NCBI GenBank assembly: GCA_964370295.1
Contig: CAYJIR010000003.1
Location: forward strand, 17,224-81,223
DNA: 64,000 nucleotides
Source of the DNA: an uncultured Oscillospiraceae bacterium
Lineage (GTDB): Bacteria > Bacillota > Clostridia > Oscillospirales > Ruminococcaceae
Reading direction: 5' to 3'
Shown: positions 50,852-60,749 of the stretch, in pieces
How the letters are laid out: each line of letters begins with the position of its first letter
How positions within the stretch are numbered: the stretch's first letter is position 1
Position numbers and translations under genes: made by a program
Notes under the pieces: generated by a model
Told to the model about the DNA's origin: nothing
The model's input: only the letters and a program-made list of their open reading frames with translations
The model's database searches: none

Positions 50852-52129
50852 CTATTCTTCGCTTTTTTTGCCCGTTTCCTCAACAAACGGTTCCTCGTCC
50901 AATACAATTTCTAAAACACGTTGACGCATAGTTTTTGTCACTGTTATATTCCAGCCCTCGTAGAGGAAACTTTCGCCTACCTCGGGAAAACGGCCCAACT
51001 GCTCGGTTACCCATCCGCCCACCGTAGCGCTATCAATCTCGCCCTTAAACAAAAAAGTTTCAAAGAAATCGTCAACATCCGTGCTCCCCAAAACGCGATA
51101 GCATGAGTCTGATTCTCGCGTGATCGCCTGCACCACATTTTCGTGCTCGTCCCAAATATCTCCTACCAGTTGCTCTAATATATCCTCCACGGTCACAAGG
51201 CCCACGGTGCCACCATATTCATCGACCACAATGGCAATGTGGCATTTCTTTTGTTGCAACTGCTCCAACAGTTTAGATATTTTCACCTGTTTTGTTACAA
51301 AAACTACAGGCTTAACCACTTCTTCTAAGCTCTTCTTTTGTTTAATCACTTCAAACCAATAGTCTTTTTGAAGCAAAACTCCCTTAATATTGTCCTCTGA
51401 ACGTCCATACACAGGCAGACGCGAAAAGCCTGACTCATGGAATGTACGTTCTATCGTCTCCATACTATCTTCTAACGAAACAGAAAGCATGTCAACACGT
51501 GGCGTTAAAATATCATCCACTTCGAGATCGTTAAATTCGATTACTTGGCGTATCATGCCGGCCTCAACTTCATTGATTCCGCCGTCTTCATGCGCCTCAT
51601 CCACATAGGCAAGTAGCTCTTCTTCTGTCATGTTTTGGCCGCCCTTGATGTGAAACAAACGCAAAAGCAACCGCTTCCATGCACTAAAAAAGGCATTTAC
51701 AGGCCGCAACACCGTGCTTAACGCCATCAGCGGCAAGGCTGCAAAGATAGCGAATTTTTCCGGTTGCTCCTTGGCCAAGGTTTTAGGCGAAACCTCTCCA
51801 AACATCAATACCAACACAGTCATCACCAAGGTGGCCAGCGAAACACCGGCGTTACCAAACCACCCCACAAACAACACCGTTGCTAAAGAAGAAGAGGCAA
51901 TGTTAACAATATTGTTGCCCACCAGCACAGTTGATAATAATTTATCGTACCTACCCACCAAAGTTAACGCCCGTGTGGCCCCTTTTGCATTTTCACCCGT
52001 GGTTATCATGCTTTTTAGGCGCACCGGATTCAACGATGAATACGCCGTTTCACTGGCAGAAAAAAAGGCTGACATCAACAAAAGAAATCCCAGACTCGCT
52101 ATCAACGGAAGACTACTGTCTGTTTCCAT
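50852..52129 (-). CDS. CNNM/DUF21-CBS-CorC_HlyC family transporter (hemolysin-family protein)
   Basis: 425 aa with an N-terminal four-helix DUF21 domain, a tandem CBS region and a C-terminal CorC/HlyC domain. Confidence 0.9.
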   Translation of the reverse strand: METDSSLPLIASLGFLLLMSAFFSASETAYSSLNPVRLKSMITTGENAKGATRALTLVGRYDKLLSTVLVGNNIVNIASSSLATVLFVGWFGNAGVSLATLVMTVLVLMFGEVSPKTLAKEQPEKFAIFAALPLMALSTVLRPVNAFFSAWKRLLLRLFHIKGGQNMTEEELLAYVDEAHEDGGINEVEAGMIRQVIEFNDLEVDDILTPRVDMLSVSLEDSMETIERTFHESGFSRLPVYGRSEDNIKGVLLQKDYWFEVIKQKKSLEEVVKPVVFVTKQVKISKLLEQLQQKKCHIAIVVDEYGGTVGLVTVEDILEQLVGDIWDEHENVVQAITRESDSCYRVLGSTDVDDFFETFLFKGEIDSATVGGWVTEQLGRFPEVGESFLYEGWNITVTKTMRQRVLEIVLDEEPFVEETGKKSEE

Positions 52130-52167
52130 AAACCGGCTACAGCTCCTATCATTTCACAAAACTTTAA

Positions 52168-52434
52168 TTATGCGCTCTTACATTGCGCCAACAATGCCTC
52201 ATTTAAACATTTTGCTATTTCAGCAGGGCAAGAAGTATCTTTTCCCTCACAACGAATGTTAGAAAGCAGTTCAATCGCCTCATTGGCACTTCGGCCACAC
52301 AACAAACTACACACACCCTTTAAATTGCCATCACATCCACCTTGCACACATACACTTTCAATCACATTATCGCAAGTTAAGCGCACGCTTGTGCTTTGAC
52401 TGCATACGCCTTGATTCCTTCTCTTATAAGTCAT
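52168..52434 (-). CDS. small TSCPD-domain protein (TIGR03905-like)
   Basis: 88 aa, cysteine-rich, containing TSCPAEIAKCL, which resembles the TSCPD motif. Confidence 0.65.
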   Translation of the reverse strand: MTYKRRNQGVCSQSTSVRLTCDNVIESVCVQGGCDGNLKGVCSLLCGRSANEAIELLSNIRCEGKDTSCPAEIAKCLNEALLAQCKSA

Positions 52435-52453
52435 GTTTCATCCTCTTTCTGCA

Positions 52454-53086
52454 TCATACAGACAACTTCGGTACTATGTCGCAAATAAAATCGGCCGCTA
52501 GATCTACACCTATACGTCCTACGTCCAAAGATAAATCGTAATTATTGGCATTATTCCAATCTTGGTCCGTATAAAAACTGTAGTAGTTGGCACGAATCCG
52601 GTCTGTTTTTCGGATCAAAGACCTCGCGGCATCTTCGTCAAGTTGATGTAGTTTTACAATACGCTTCTTGCGTGTCTCTAAATCCGCATGCATAAAAACC
52701 GAAAAAACTCGTACTTGCTCTCGCAAAATATAATCAGCACAACGCCCCACAATCACGCAAGAACCCTCTTCGGCCACTTCGCGAATCACCTGTGTCACAT
52801 ACAGCTGCAAACGATCATTAGAAGTATAGGCAAACTCATTAAACGAGGTAGGCAGCTGGCTACCTGTAGCCACCATAGACAACGAGTACAAAAGACTATT
52901 CGTAGGGCGCTCGTCCGCCTTTTCGAACATATCTTGAGAAATACCACTTTTCTCAGCAGCCATTTGCAATAGCTCGCTGTCATAAAATGCAATACCCAAT
53001 TTTTCGGCCACACGTTTTCCCACTTCACGTCCACCACTGCCAAATTCGCGTGCAATACACACTGCAATTTTGTTTTGCATTTCCAT
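52454..53086 (-). CDS. cytidylate kinase-like family protein
   Basis: 210 aa. IAREFGSGGREVGKRVAEKLG is the P-loop variant typical of this family. Confidence 0.75.
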   Translation of the reverse strand: MEMQNKIAVCIAREFGSGGREVGKRVAEKLGIAFYDSELLQMAAEKSGISQDMFEKADERPTNSLLYSLSMVATGSQLPTSFNEFAYTSNDRLQLYVTQVIREVAEEGSCVIVGRCADYILREQVRVFSVFMHADLETRKKRIVKLHQLDEDAARSLIRKTDRIRANYYSFYTDQDWNNANNYDLSLDVGRIGVDLAADFICDIVPKLSV

Positions 53087-53126
53087 GTCCCCCTCATTAA
53101 TTGTGGCAAATGCCTAATTAAAAAAT

Positions 53127-53155
53127 AGTATACCACATATTTTTCTTTTTCACAA
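53127..53155 (-). promoter_or_regulatory. putative promoter of the cmk-like/TSCPD/CNNM operon
   Basis: On the minus strand: TTGTGA (53155-53150), 17-nt spacer, TGg-TATACT (53132-53127). Confidence 0.5.
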
Positions 53156-53171
53156 AAGACTTTTATCTAGA

Positions 53172-53208
53172 AAGAAAATTTTGCGAATTTGGCTCACCAA
53201 ATTCGCAA
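53172..53208 (-). terminator. rho-independent terminator after htpG
   Basis: On the minus strand: UUGCGAAUUU / AAAUUCGCAA stem followed by AAUUUUCUUU. Confidence 0.65.
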
Positions 53209-53221
53209 ATAAGAAACCTGT

Positions 53222-55099
53222 TTATTGTGCCAGAATTTTGCTTAAATCGTTACTAAATGCCACAGGATCTTCCACGGGCAAACCTTCTATAAGCAAGGCT
53301 TGGTTGTACAGCAGGCCTGCATAGGTTTTTAGCAGTTCCTGATTTTCGCTTTGTAGTGTCTGTAATTTTGCAAACAAAGGATGTTCCGCATTGATTTCCA
53401 GCACTTTTTGGCTTTCCACCTTATTTTCGCCCGGCATGCTATTTAACACCTTTTCCATCTCCATAGAAAGGCCCCCCTCGGATGTTAAGATAACCGGATG
53501 ATTTTTTAAGCGTCCGCTCACTTTCACCTGCGTCACCTTGCCGTCAAGGCTTTCTTTAAGGAAGTCAAATAAATCTTTATTGCTCTCGTTTTGTTTCTCT
53601 ATTTCTTCTTTTTCTTCTTCACTCTCTAAGCCCAAATCACCGCCGGAGATATTGCGGAATTCTTTCTCGTCGTATTGACGAAGCATACTAAGCGTAAACT
53701 CGTCCACATCGTCTGTGAGAAGAAACAAATCGAAGCCCTTGCCCAACACCATTTCTGCCTGTGGCAAACGCGAAAGCCTATCTATACTATCACCGGCCGC
53801 ATAATAAATATATTTTTGTTCTTCCGGCATATTGGCACAATACTCTGCCAAAGTCGCCATCTTCTTGTCCTTGGCAGCATAAAACAGTAGCAAATCCTTC
53901 AAATTATCACTTTCTGCCCCAAAAGATTGGTACAGGCCCACTTTTAGCTGCAGACCAAAATTTTTGAAGAATACCTCGTAGGCTTCTCGATCATTTTTAA
54001 GCCAAAGCCCCAGTTCACTTCTAATTTTACGCTCCAAAGATTTGCGAATCAGCTGCAGTTGTCGGTCGTGCTGAAGCATTTCGCGGCTGATGTTAAGGCT
54101 GAGGTCCTGGCTATCTACCAAACCACGCACAAAGCTGAAATGATCTGGTAGCAAGTCTGCACATTTTTGCATGATCATCACACCGGACGCATACAATTGC
54201 AAGCCTTTTTCATATTCTTTAGAGTAATAGTTATACGGTGTGCGCGAAGGCACAAACAAAAGAGCGTTATAGGTGGCTGTTCCCTCTGTATTGCTTTGAA
54301 TCACCTTGGCCGGGGCCTCAAAATCAGAAAATTTCTCCTTATAGAAAGCCGCATAATCTTCTTCTGTTAGCTCGGCTTTGTCGCGCTTCCATAAGGGCAC
54401 CATACTGTTAAGTGTGCGCAATTCTTCCACTTCTTCATATTCATTTTCCACGTCTTTTTTGGGACGCGTCTCATGCACTGTCATCTTAATGGGATAACGT
54501 ATATAATCAGAATATTTTTCCACCAACCCACGTAAGCGGTGCTCTTCTAAAAATTCACTATAACGCTCGTCTTCTTCATCCTCTTTAAACACCAAAATAA
54601 TATCTGTTCCCACTTCGTCACGTTGGGCCGGTTTAACCTCATAGCCCTGTGCCCCTTTGCTTTGCCAGCAATACGCTTCGCTTTCACCAAACGCACGGCT
54701 TATCACACGCACTTGCGAAGCCACCATAAATGCAGAATAAAAACCCACACCAAATTGCCCGATGATATCAACATCTTCGGCTGCTTCATTTTCTTTGCGG
54801 AAAGCAAGGCTGCCACTGGCGGCAATGACGCCAAGGTTCCCTTCTAGGGCAGCCTTATCCATGCCAAGACCATTGTCCGAAATGGTAAGGGTTCGCAACT
54901 CTTTATCGGCTTGTAAGAAAATTTCATACTCGCCACTTGCAAGGCCGGCCTCGGTATTTGTCAACGAAAGAAAATGGCGTTTGTCGATAGCATCTGAGGC
55001 ATTGCTGATAAGCTCACGCAAGAAAATTTCTTTATGTGTATAGATGCTGTTTATCATCAAATCCAGCAATCGTTTCGATTCTGCTTTAAATTGTTTCAT
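53222..55099 (-). CDS. htpG: molecular chaperone HtpG (Hsp90)
   Basis: 625 aa. FKAESKRLLDLMINSIYTHKEIFLRELISNASDAIDK and GQFGVGFYSAF form the Hsp90 GHKL ATPase signature. Confidence 0.95.
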   Translation of the reverse strand: MKQFKAESKRLLDLMINSIYTHKEIFLRELISNASDAIDKRHFLSLTNTEAGLASGEYEIFLQADKELRTLTISDNGLGMDKAALEGNLGVIAASGSLAFRKENEAAEDVDIIGQFGVGFYSAFMVASQVRVISRAFGESEAYCWQSKGAQGYEVKPAQRDEVGTDIILVFKEDEEDERYSEFLEEHRLRGLVEKYSDYIRYPIKMTVHETRPKKDVENEYEEVEELRTLNSMVPLWKRDKAELTEEDYAAFYKEKFSDFEAPAKVIQSNTEGTATYNALLFVPSRTPYNYYSKEYEKGLQLYASGVMIMQKCADLLPDHFSFVRGLVDSQDLSLNISREMLQHDRQLQLIRKSLERKIRSELGLWLKNDREAYEVFFKNFGLQLKVGLYQSFGAESDNLKDLLLFYAAKDKKMATLAEYCANMPEEQKYIYYAAGDSIDRLSRLPQAEMVLGKGFDLFLLTDDVDEFTLSMLRQYDEKEFRNISGGDLGLESEEEKEEIEKQNESNKDLFDFLKESLDGKVTQVKVSGRLKNHPVILTSEGGLSMEMEKVLNSMPGENKVESQKVLEINAEHPLFAKLQTLQSENQELLKTYAGLLYNQALLIEGLPVEDPVAFSNDLSKILAQ

Positions 55100-55129
55100 A
55101 TGTAAGAATTCTCCTGTTTAAAAAGTTAA

Positions 55130-55156
55130 TTAGCAGTCTATGTATAAGAGTGCTAA
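55130..55156 (-). promoter_or_regulatory. CIRCE operator (HrcA binding site) in the htpG promoter
   Basis: TTAGCAGTC-N9-GAGTGCTAA has one mismatch to the consensus TTAGCACTC-N9-GAGTGCTAA. It lies 5 nt downstream of the predicted -10. Confidence 0.8.
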
Positions 55157-55160
55157 AACC

Positions 55161-55189
55161 AGTGTACAACATTTTTAAATTTCCTGCAA
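55161..55189 (-). promoter_or_regulatory. putative sigma-A promoter of htpG
   Basis: On the minus strand: TTGCAG (55189-55184), 17-nt spacer, TACACT (55166-55161). Confidence 0.5.
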
Positions 55190-55402
55190 GGGGAAAAAGA
55201 AAATTTTATTCGTTTTTCTATATATTCCTTTGTGTTCTTCTGTTTATTTTATGCTATACTAAATGTAAATCCGCATAGGCTTTACAGCTAGGGCAATCCC
55301 TCTATTCAACCTTCTATATTGCGCCCACGCGGTTGTTGCCACTTACGCATCACTGCAGTAGCATCGCCTACGTAAAAGTAATGTCTAAATAAGGAGGACA
55401 TC

Positions 55403-56014
55403 ATGACTGTTTTATTACTGAACGGAAGCCCGCACAAAGAAGGAACCACCTTTGCCGCATTAAAAGAAGTTCAACATGCGCTGCAACAAAAGGATGTGCA
55501 AAGCGAAATTCTACATCTTGGAACAAAACCCGTATATGGCTGTACCGCCTGCCGTCATTGTGCCAAAACCAATCGTTGCATTTTTGAGGACAAAGCCAAT
55601 GAAATAATAGAGAAAATGCAAGAATCTGATGCCTTTATTGTGGGCTCTCCTGTGTATTACGCCGGGGCTAATGGGGCTCTTTGCGCTGTACTGGATCGCG
55701 TTTTTTTCGCAGGCTCTTCTGTGATGGCTCGCAAGCCTGCTGCCGCTGTAGCCGTATGTCGCAGAGGCGGCGCCGCAAGCGCACTGGATAGACTCCACAA
55801 ATATTTTGGCCTGTATGAAATGCCCATCGTCTCTTCTACCTATTGGAATATGGGCTTTGGCCGCAGCATGGAAGATTTTTCACATGACGAAGAGGGCATC
55901 CAAACCATGCGAATTCTTGGCAAAAATATGGCACAGCTATTGCAAATGCAAGAAAAAGCAAATCTGCCCCCAGTAGAACAGGAAGCAAAGATATGGACAA
56001 GCTTCATTCGTTAA
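55403..56014 (+). CDS. iron-sulfur flavoprotein-like NAD(P)H-dependent FMN reductase
   Basis: 203 aa with LLNGSPHKEGTT (flavodoxin-like fold) and the compact cysteine motif CTACRHCAKTNRC (CX2CX2CX5C), as in Isf proteins. AAGGAGGA RBS. Confidence 0.8.
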   Translation: MTVLLLNGSPHKEGTTFAALKEVQHALQQKDVQSEILHLGTKPVYGCTACRHCAKTNRCIFEDKANEIIEKMQESDAFIVGSPVYYAGANGALCAVLDRVFFAGSSVMARKPAAAVAVCRRGGAASALDRLHKYFGLYEMPIVSSTYWNMGFGRSMEDFSHDEEGIQTMRILGKNMAQLLQMQEKANLPPVEQEAKIWTSFIR

Positions 56015-56119
56015 GCACAAAATGTATAAAACAACAACTATTCTTCATTTTTTAATTTTCGTATTCCAAATTGTTATTGCAAATCATAAGAAGCTTGCAA
56101 GCACAATACGGTTTTTGCC

Positions 56120-56758
56120 TTATTGTGCTTGCAAGCTAGCAAAATCCAGTGTGAGCAATTCACTAAAATGATGGATGACTGTTTTCGCCTCGGGCACCTT
56201 GCCAAAACCATAAGAGGCAAATATAAAGGGGATTTTCGCCACTTGGCAAGCAGAAAAGTCACCCGCTGTATCGCCTACATACACCGCAGTAGACAAGGCA
56301 TTTTTTTTCATGATATGTTTCAGATTTTCTCCCTTAGGGCGGCCTGTGTCGCCAAAACACAAGGTATCTTCCATATAATGGCTAAGGCCGGTGTTTTGTA
56401 AAAAAGCCTCTATATAACCGGACATGCAATTGCTAACAATAAACAATTTATGCTCTTTGCTAAGCTTTTCTATCCCCTCTTTCACCCCTTCAAACACAGG
56501 ACATGGTGCCGTATACATAAAGGAATGCTCGCTATCGGTGCAAGCTTTTGCTATCTCCTCGCGTTTTTGCTCGCTGATATCGGGAAATAAGCTATCAAAG
56601 ATTTCCAAGGACGGTTTCCCAAACAAATCTTTAAGCTCTTCACTTGTCAGTTCTTTTTTTATTTCCGGATACTTTTTTATGGTTTGATTCCAGCATTCCG
56701 CCACCTGCTGCGTGGAATCCCACAAAGTGCCGTCTACATCCAATATTATATTTGCCAT
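56120..56758 (-). CDS. HAD family hydrolase (phosphoglycolate phosphatase-like)
   Basis: ATG 56758 gives MANIILDVDGTLWDS. SNC (motif II) and VGDTAGD (motif IV) are present. The track ORF is extended to 56791. Confidence 0.8.
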   Translation of the reverse strand: MANIILDVDGTLWDSTQQVAECWNQTIKKYPEIKKELTSEELKDLFGKPSLEIFDSLFPDISEQKREEIAKACTDSEHSFMYTAPCPVFEGVKEGIEKLSKEHKLFIVSNCMSGYIEAFLQNTGLSHYMEDTLCFGDTGRPKGENLKHIMKKNALSTAVYVGDTAGDFSACQVAKIPFIFASYGFGKVPEAKTVIHHFSELLTLDFASLQAQ

Positions 56759-56796
56759 AATACCCCTTTTCGCATTTACCTTTGTGCACAAAGCAG

Positions 56797-57477
56797 CTAT
56801 TCACCTTTTTTTGTTTGCTTTTCTTCGTTTTTGCTCGTTGTAAAACGATATTCTTTTCCTTGCCGAATTCGTTTCAAATTTTCTTTGTGCATGATTACAA
56901 TTAACAAAGTGATGATGCAGGCACAAACAACAGAAAAAACCACAAATTGATGACTTATTAACCCAGCCCATAACCCGGTTGCCACAGGGTACAGCGAAAT
57001 CCCTACCACCGACCCCAGCGACACCATGCCGGTTGCTTTAAATAAAATTAAAAAAACAACAATTAACACCATCGCCACCGCCGGGTTCAGTGCCAAAATC
57101 ACACCAGCTACCGTGGCAACGCCTTTGCCCCCACGAAAACCAAAAAACACCGGAAACATATGCCCTAGTATCACGGCAATTCCCGCCAAATAGGCTCCAT
57201 ACAATGGCTCGCCCGTAGCACTTAACCACATTGTGAAAAAACGGCCAAGCAACACAGCCACCACACCTTTCAACACGTCTCCCAGCAAGGTAAGCACTGC
57301 CGCCTTTTTTCCGAAATTGCGCGCCATATTGGTCATCCCTGCATTTCCAGAACCCAAACTACGCACGTCTTTTTTATATATTCCTTTGCTAATCATAACG
57401 GCAAAGTTTATACTACCCAATAAATATCCTGCAAGCACTCCCAGCACCAAAGCTACCGCCATCATTGCATGCAACAC
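56797..57477 (-). CDS. plsY: glycerol-3-phosphate acyltransferase PlsY
   Basis: 226 aa with GSINFA, GSGNAGMTN and FRGGKGVAT motifs, plus a short basic C-terminal tail. Confidence 0.9.
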   Translation of the reverse strand: MLHAMMAVALVLGVLAGYLLGSINFAVMISKGIYKKDVRSLGSGNAGMTNMARNFGKKAAVLTLLGDVLKGVVAVLLGRFFTMWLSATGEPLYGAYLAGIAVILGHMFPVFFGFRGGKGVATVAGVILALNPAVAMVLIVVFLILFKATGMVSLGSVVGISLYPVATGLWAGLISHQFVVFSVVCACIITLLIVIMHKENLKRIRQGKEYRFTTSKNEEKQTKKGE

Positions 57478-57547
57478 CTCCCACTTCTAACAATACGATT
57501 TCATCCAAGATTATAGCACGCTTACCCTTGTGCCGCAAGTTTTCTGT

Positions 57548-57576
57548 TTGACAAAAACCGCCATTGGCTCTATGAT
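57548..57576 (+). promoter_or_regulatory. putative sigma-A promoter of the M50 protease gene
   Basis: TTGACA (57548-57553), 17-nt spacer, TATGAT (57571-57576). Confidence 0.5.
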
Positions 57577-57684
57577 AGAAGCCACTCGTTCGATTTTACC
57601 CACGCTTGGTCTATCTGTACATTTACAGAATACCACAATAAACTGTTCTCATCATGCTCTTTTAGGAAAGGAAGGCAGTGCGCA

Positions 57685-58371
57685 TTGTTTTCATTTTTAC
57701 AAGGCGATTTTACCTTGCTGTTAGCCCGTGTGGCAGGCCTTTTACTTGCCATACCATTTCACGAGGTATCACACGCCCTCATTTCGGACAAATTGGGCGA
57801 CCATACCGCACGCGACTTGGGACGTTTGTCCTTAAATCCTCTTAAACATTTCGATGTGATGGGATTTCTTAGCATGATGATTATCGGCATTGGCTGGGCA
57901 AAACCTGTGCCTGTAAACCCGAATCTTTACAAAGATCCCCGCCGGGGAATGGCACTCACAGCTTTAGCCGGCCCCTTGTCTAATTTTCTCTTGGCCTATA
58001 TTTCCTTTATCTTTTATAAAACGTTCTATTATTTCGGCAATTTTTTCACACTATCCACCGATACAACATCGTTTATTTTATCTCTTTCCACTTTCTTCTT
58101 CTACTTTTCCATTCTCAATTTAAACCTCACGATGTTCAATTTACTTCCCATCCCGCCCTTAGATGGCAGCCGTATTTTTGGCCTTCTTTTGCCAAAATCT
58201 TTATATTTTAAAGTGATGGGCTATGGCAGATATATGATGTTTGCCGTTTTGATTTTGGTATTTTTAGGCCTATTGCAAGCCCCACTTTCCTTCTTAAATA
58301 ACTTAGGCATTCAAGTCCTGTCTTATGGCACCATCTACCTTGACATTTTGTTTCGTTTTTTATTGTCTTGA
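57685..58371 (+). CDS. site-2 protease family (M50) membrane metalloprotease
   Basis: HEVSHAL (HExxH) and the LLPIPPLDGSRI (NPDG-like) motif. The TTG start lies 9 nt after AGGAAAGGAAGG. Confidence 0.8.
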   Translation: MFSFLQGDFTLLLARVAGLLLAIPFHEVSHALISDKLGDHTARDLGRLSLNPLKHFDVMGFLSMMIIGIGWAKPVPVNPNLYKDPRRGMALTALAGPLSNFLLAYISFIFYKTFYYFGNFFTLSTDTTSFILSLSTFFFYFSILNLNLTMFNLLPIPPLDGSRIFGLLLPKSLYFKVMGYGRYMMFAVLILVFLGLLQAPLSFLNNLGIQVLSYGTIYLDILFRFLLS

Positions 58372-58428
58372 TGCGTTTTCATCGCTGTGCAAACACCCTT
58401 TTCATCCCCACAGCACGCAATACCCGCC

Positions 58429-58458
58429 TTGACAAGTTCGTTGGTTTTTTGTTAAAAT
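58429..58458 (+). promoter_or_regulatory. putative promoter of tRNA-Gly
   Basis: TTGACA (58429-58434), 18-nt spacer, TAAAAT (58453-58458), 14 nt before the mature 5' end. Confidence 0.5.
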
Positions 58459-58472
58459 AATAATAACATTTT

Positions 58473-58548
58473 GCGGCTTTAGCTCATCCGGTAGAGCGTC
58501 TGCTTCCCAAGCAGAAGGTGGCGAGTTCGAGTCTCGTAAGCCGCTCCA
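58473..58548 (+). tRNA. tRNA-Gly (anticodon CCC)
   Basis: A 76-nt cloverleaf: acceptor GCGGCTT/AAGCCGC, D arm GCTC/GAGC, anticodon stem TCTGC/GCAGA with loop TTCCCAA, T loop TTCGAGT, discriminator U and an encoded CCA. Confidence 0.9.
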
Positions 58549-58628
58549 CAGCGGAGCAAGTTGATGTTCCGTTTTTTTTGTTTCAATTTTGGCAGTAAAG
58601 AGACTGCCTGGCAGTGGAGAAAATCTTC

Positions 58629-60656
58629 ATGATAAAAAAATCTTTATCTCTCATTTTGGTTTTTTCTGTTTTGTTTTCGTTTAGCGGTTGCGCCTCTCTT
58701 TTGCAAGGCTTTGCATCCTTTTTGGATAGGCCGGAAGCCTCTACATCCGGAACTGCTGCCGAAGCCACGGGAGATGAAACAGAATGGGTGATGTATTGGT
58801 ATCTCTGTGGCAGTGATTTGGAAACAAATTATGGCTCGGCCACAGAAGATATTCAAGAATTGCTTGCTGTGCCTTTGCCAGAGAATGTAAAAGTGGTTAT
58901 TCAAACAGGCGGCGCCGACCAATGGCAAAACGATTTTGTGCGTGCCGATCGTGTGCAACGTTTTTTGTATGACCACAACGGCTTAGAACTTGTGGATGAA
59001 CAACCGCAAGCAAACATGGGCGAAGCAAAAACCTTATCAGACTTTTTACGTTTTGCCACCGAAAATTATCCGGCAAAACACAGCTTGGTTAATTTATGGA
59101 ATCATGGTGGTGCCACCTTGGGCGGCATTGCCTACGATGAATTATATAACTATGATTCTTTGGACTTAGACGAATTAAACGATGCACTTGCCGCGGTTTA
59201 CACACCCAACTCTTTGGACCCCGCCATTGACATTTTCGGCTTTGACGCCTGTTTAATGGCCACCCTAGATGTAGCCGATAGCCTACGTGATTATGCACAC
59301 TACATGGTGGCATCCGAAGAACTTATGCCCAGCAATGGTTGGTATTACACCGGCATGTTTAAACCATTGGCCGCAAATCCCAACCTATCGCCTCTCGATT
59401 TTTCAAAAATCATTTGCGACAGCTATTTAGAAGGCTGTGAAATTGTTGATACCGATAGCGATGTCACTTTGTCAGTTGCCAACTTGACCAAGTTAGGCGA
59501 TTTGCTCGTTGCCTATGAAAATTTTGGCAAAGAGGCCTTGGGTTCTGCTATCGAAGCACCTTCTTTCTTCACAAGCTTTTCAAAAATAGCCAATGAATCA
59601 GAGAACTATGGCGGCAACACACGTGAACAAGGCTATTACAACATGGTCGATTTGGGACATTTGGCGCGAAGTTCACAGCAGCTTTTGCCACAAACTTCGG
59701 CCGCTGTTTTAGACGCCTTAGACGCGTGCATAGAATATGAAGTGAACGGCCGATATCGCAGCGAAGCTTCCGGTTTGTCTTGCTATTACTCCTACAGCGG
59801 CGACTTAATGGATTTTTCCCAATATACAGAATTTGGTATTAGCGAGGCCTTTAAACATCTTTATTACTACGGCCTTACCGGCAATTTACGTCCGGAAGGC
59901 GTTGAGTATGTTTCAGACTTAGAGCTTCCAGGAGAAGATTTCTCCGACTTTGCCGCCAGTGACTTGCAAGAAGTGCCCAGTTTACACACGGTAGATTGGA
60001 ACAACGCCCCTATAAACATTTCACAAACAAACCACACTCTGTTAGAGCTTGGAAGTCAAGCCGAAGAAATTTTATCATCGGTCGCTTTTCAATTGTTTTT
60101 CTTAGACGTGGAGCAAGACTTGGTGGTAAGTCTTGGCACCGACAACGCCATTGCGGTTAACTGGCAAGAAGGTGTTTTCGAAGACAATTTTCAAGGTACT
60201 TGGGGAAGTTTAGACGGTGCCTTGTGTTACATGGAGGTCTCGTACGAAAGCGAAGATTACACTCTTTATTCCGTGCCCGTTTTGCTAAATGATGTCAAAC
60301 ACAACTTAAGCATTGTATATGACTTCACGCAAGAACTCTACGTCATCGAAGGTGCGCGTTTGCCCAGCCCGGAAGATTCTACGCTTGCCGAACGCACCAT
60401 CGTACCCTTGCAAAATGGCGATGTGGTGCAACCGCTTCACTTTGCCTCCACAGTTTTTGGAGACCGCGGCGAATTGCAGGAGATACCGGCCGACTCTGTC
60501 ACCGTGGATGAAAACACCTCTTTTCATGAGATGTCACTGGGCAACGGCACCTATGTAACTCTTTTTGAAATGCGTGATTCCCAGGGCAACACGGCATTGT
60601 CTTCACCGGCAATGTTTGAAATTCATAATGAAGAAATCACTCTTTCTTTGCCATAA
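58629..60656 (+). CDS. clostripain-family (peptidase C11) lipoprotein
   Basis: ATG 58629 gives a signal peptide with the lipobox LFSFSGC. The catalytic His (NLWNHGGA) and Cys (FGFDACLMA) contexts are typical of C11. Confidence 0.85.
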   Translation: MIKKSLSLILVFSVLFSFSGCASLLQGFASFLDRPEASTSGTAAEATGDETEWVMYWYLCGSDLETNYGSATEDIQELLAVPLPENVKVVIQTGGADQWQNDFVRADRVQRFLYDHNGLELVDEQPQANMGEAKTLSDFLRFATENYPAKHSLVNLWNHGGATLGGIAYDELYNYDSLDLDELNDALAAVYTPNSLDPAIDIFGFDACLMATLDVADSLRDYAHYMVASEELMPSNGWYYTGMFKPLAANPNLSPLDFSKIICDSYLEGCEIVDTDSDVTLSVANLTKLGDLLVAYENFGKEALGSAIEAPSFFTSFSKIANESENYGGNTREQGYYNMVDLGHLARSSQQLLPQTSAAVLDALDACIEYEVNGRYRSEASGLSCYYSYSGDLMDFSQYTEFGISEAFKHLYYYGLTGNLRPEGVEYVSDLELPGEDFSDFAASDLQEVPSLHTVDWNNAPINISQTNHTLLELGSQAEEILSSVAFQLFFLDVEQDLVVSLGTDNAIAVNWQEGVFEDNFQGTWGSLDGALCYMEVSYESEDYTLYSVPVLLNDVKHNLSIVYDFTQELYVIEGARLPSPEDSTLAERTIVPLQNGDVVQPLHFASTVFGDRGELQEIPADSVTVDENTSFHEMSLGNGTYVTLFEMRDSQGNTALSSPAMFEIHNEEITLSLP

Positions 60657-60749
60657 CTTTTGTTATAGTGCAATGCACAAGCGCTATCTTGTAACATAAT
60701 CAGTAGCAACCTGTGCCTTGCCAAATATATGAAAAGGATGTGTTGTTTT

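Noticed and set aside
51714-52262. 182-aa plus-strand ORF
   Set aside because: It is antisense to the CNNM transporter and TSCPD genes, with no RBS and no motif.
56097-56132. 12-15-bp inverted repeat GCAAGCACAATA/TATTGTGCTTGC as a terminator
   Set aside because: There is no U-tract on either strand, and the right arm lies inside the 3' end of the HAD hydrolase CDS. It may still pause or stabilise transcripts, but I cannot support a terminator call.
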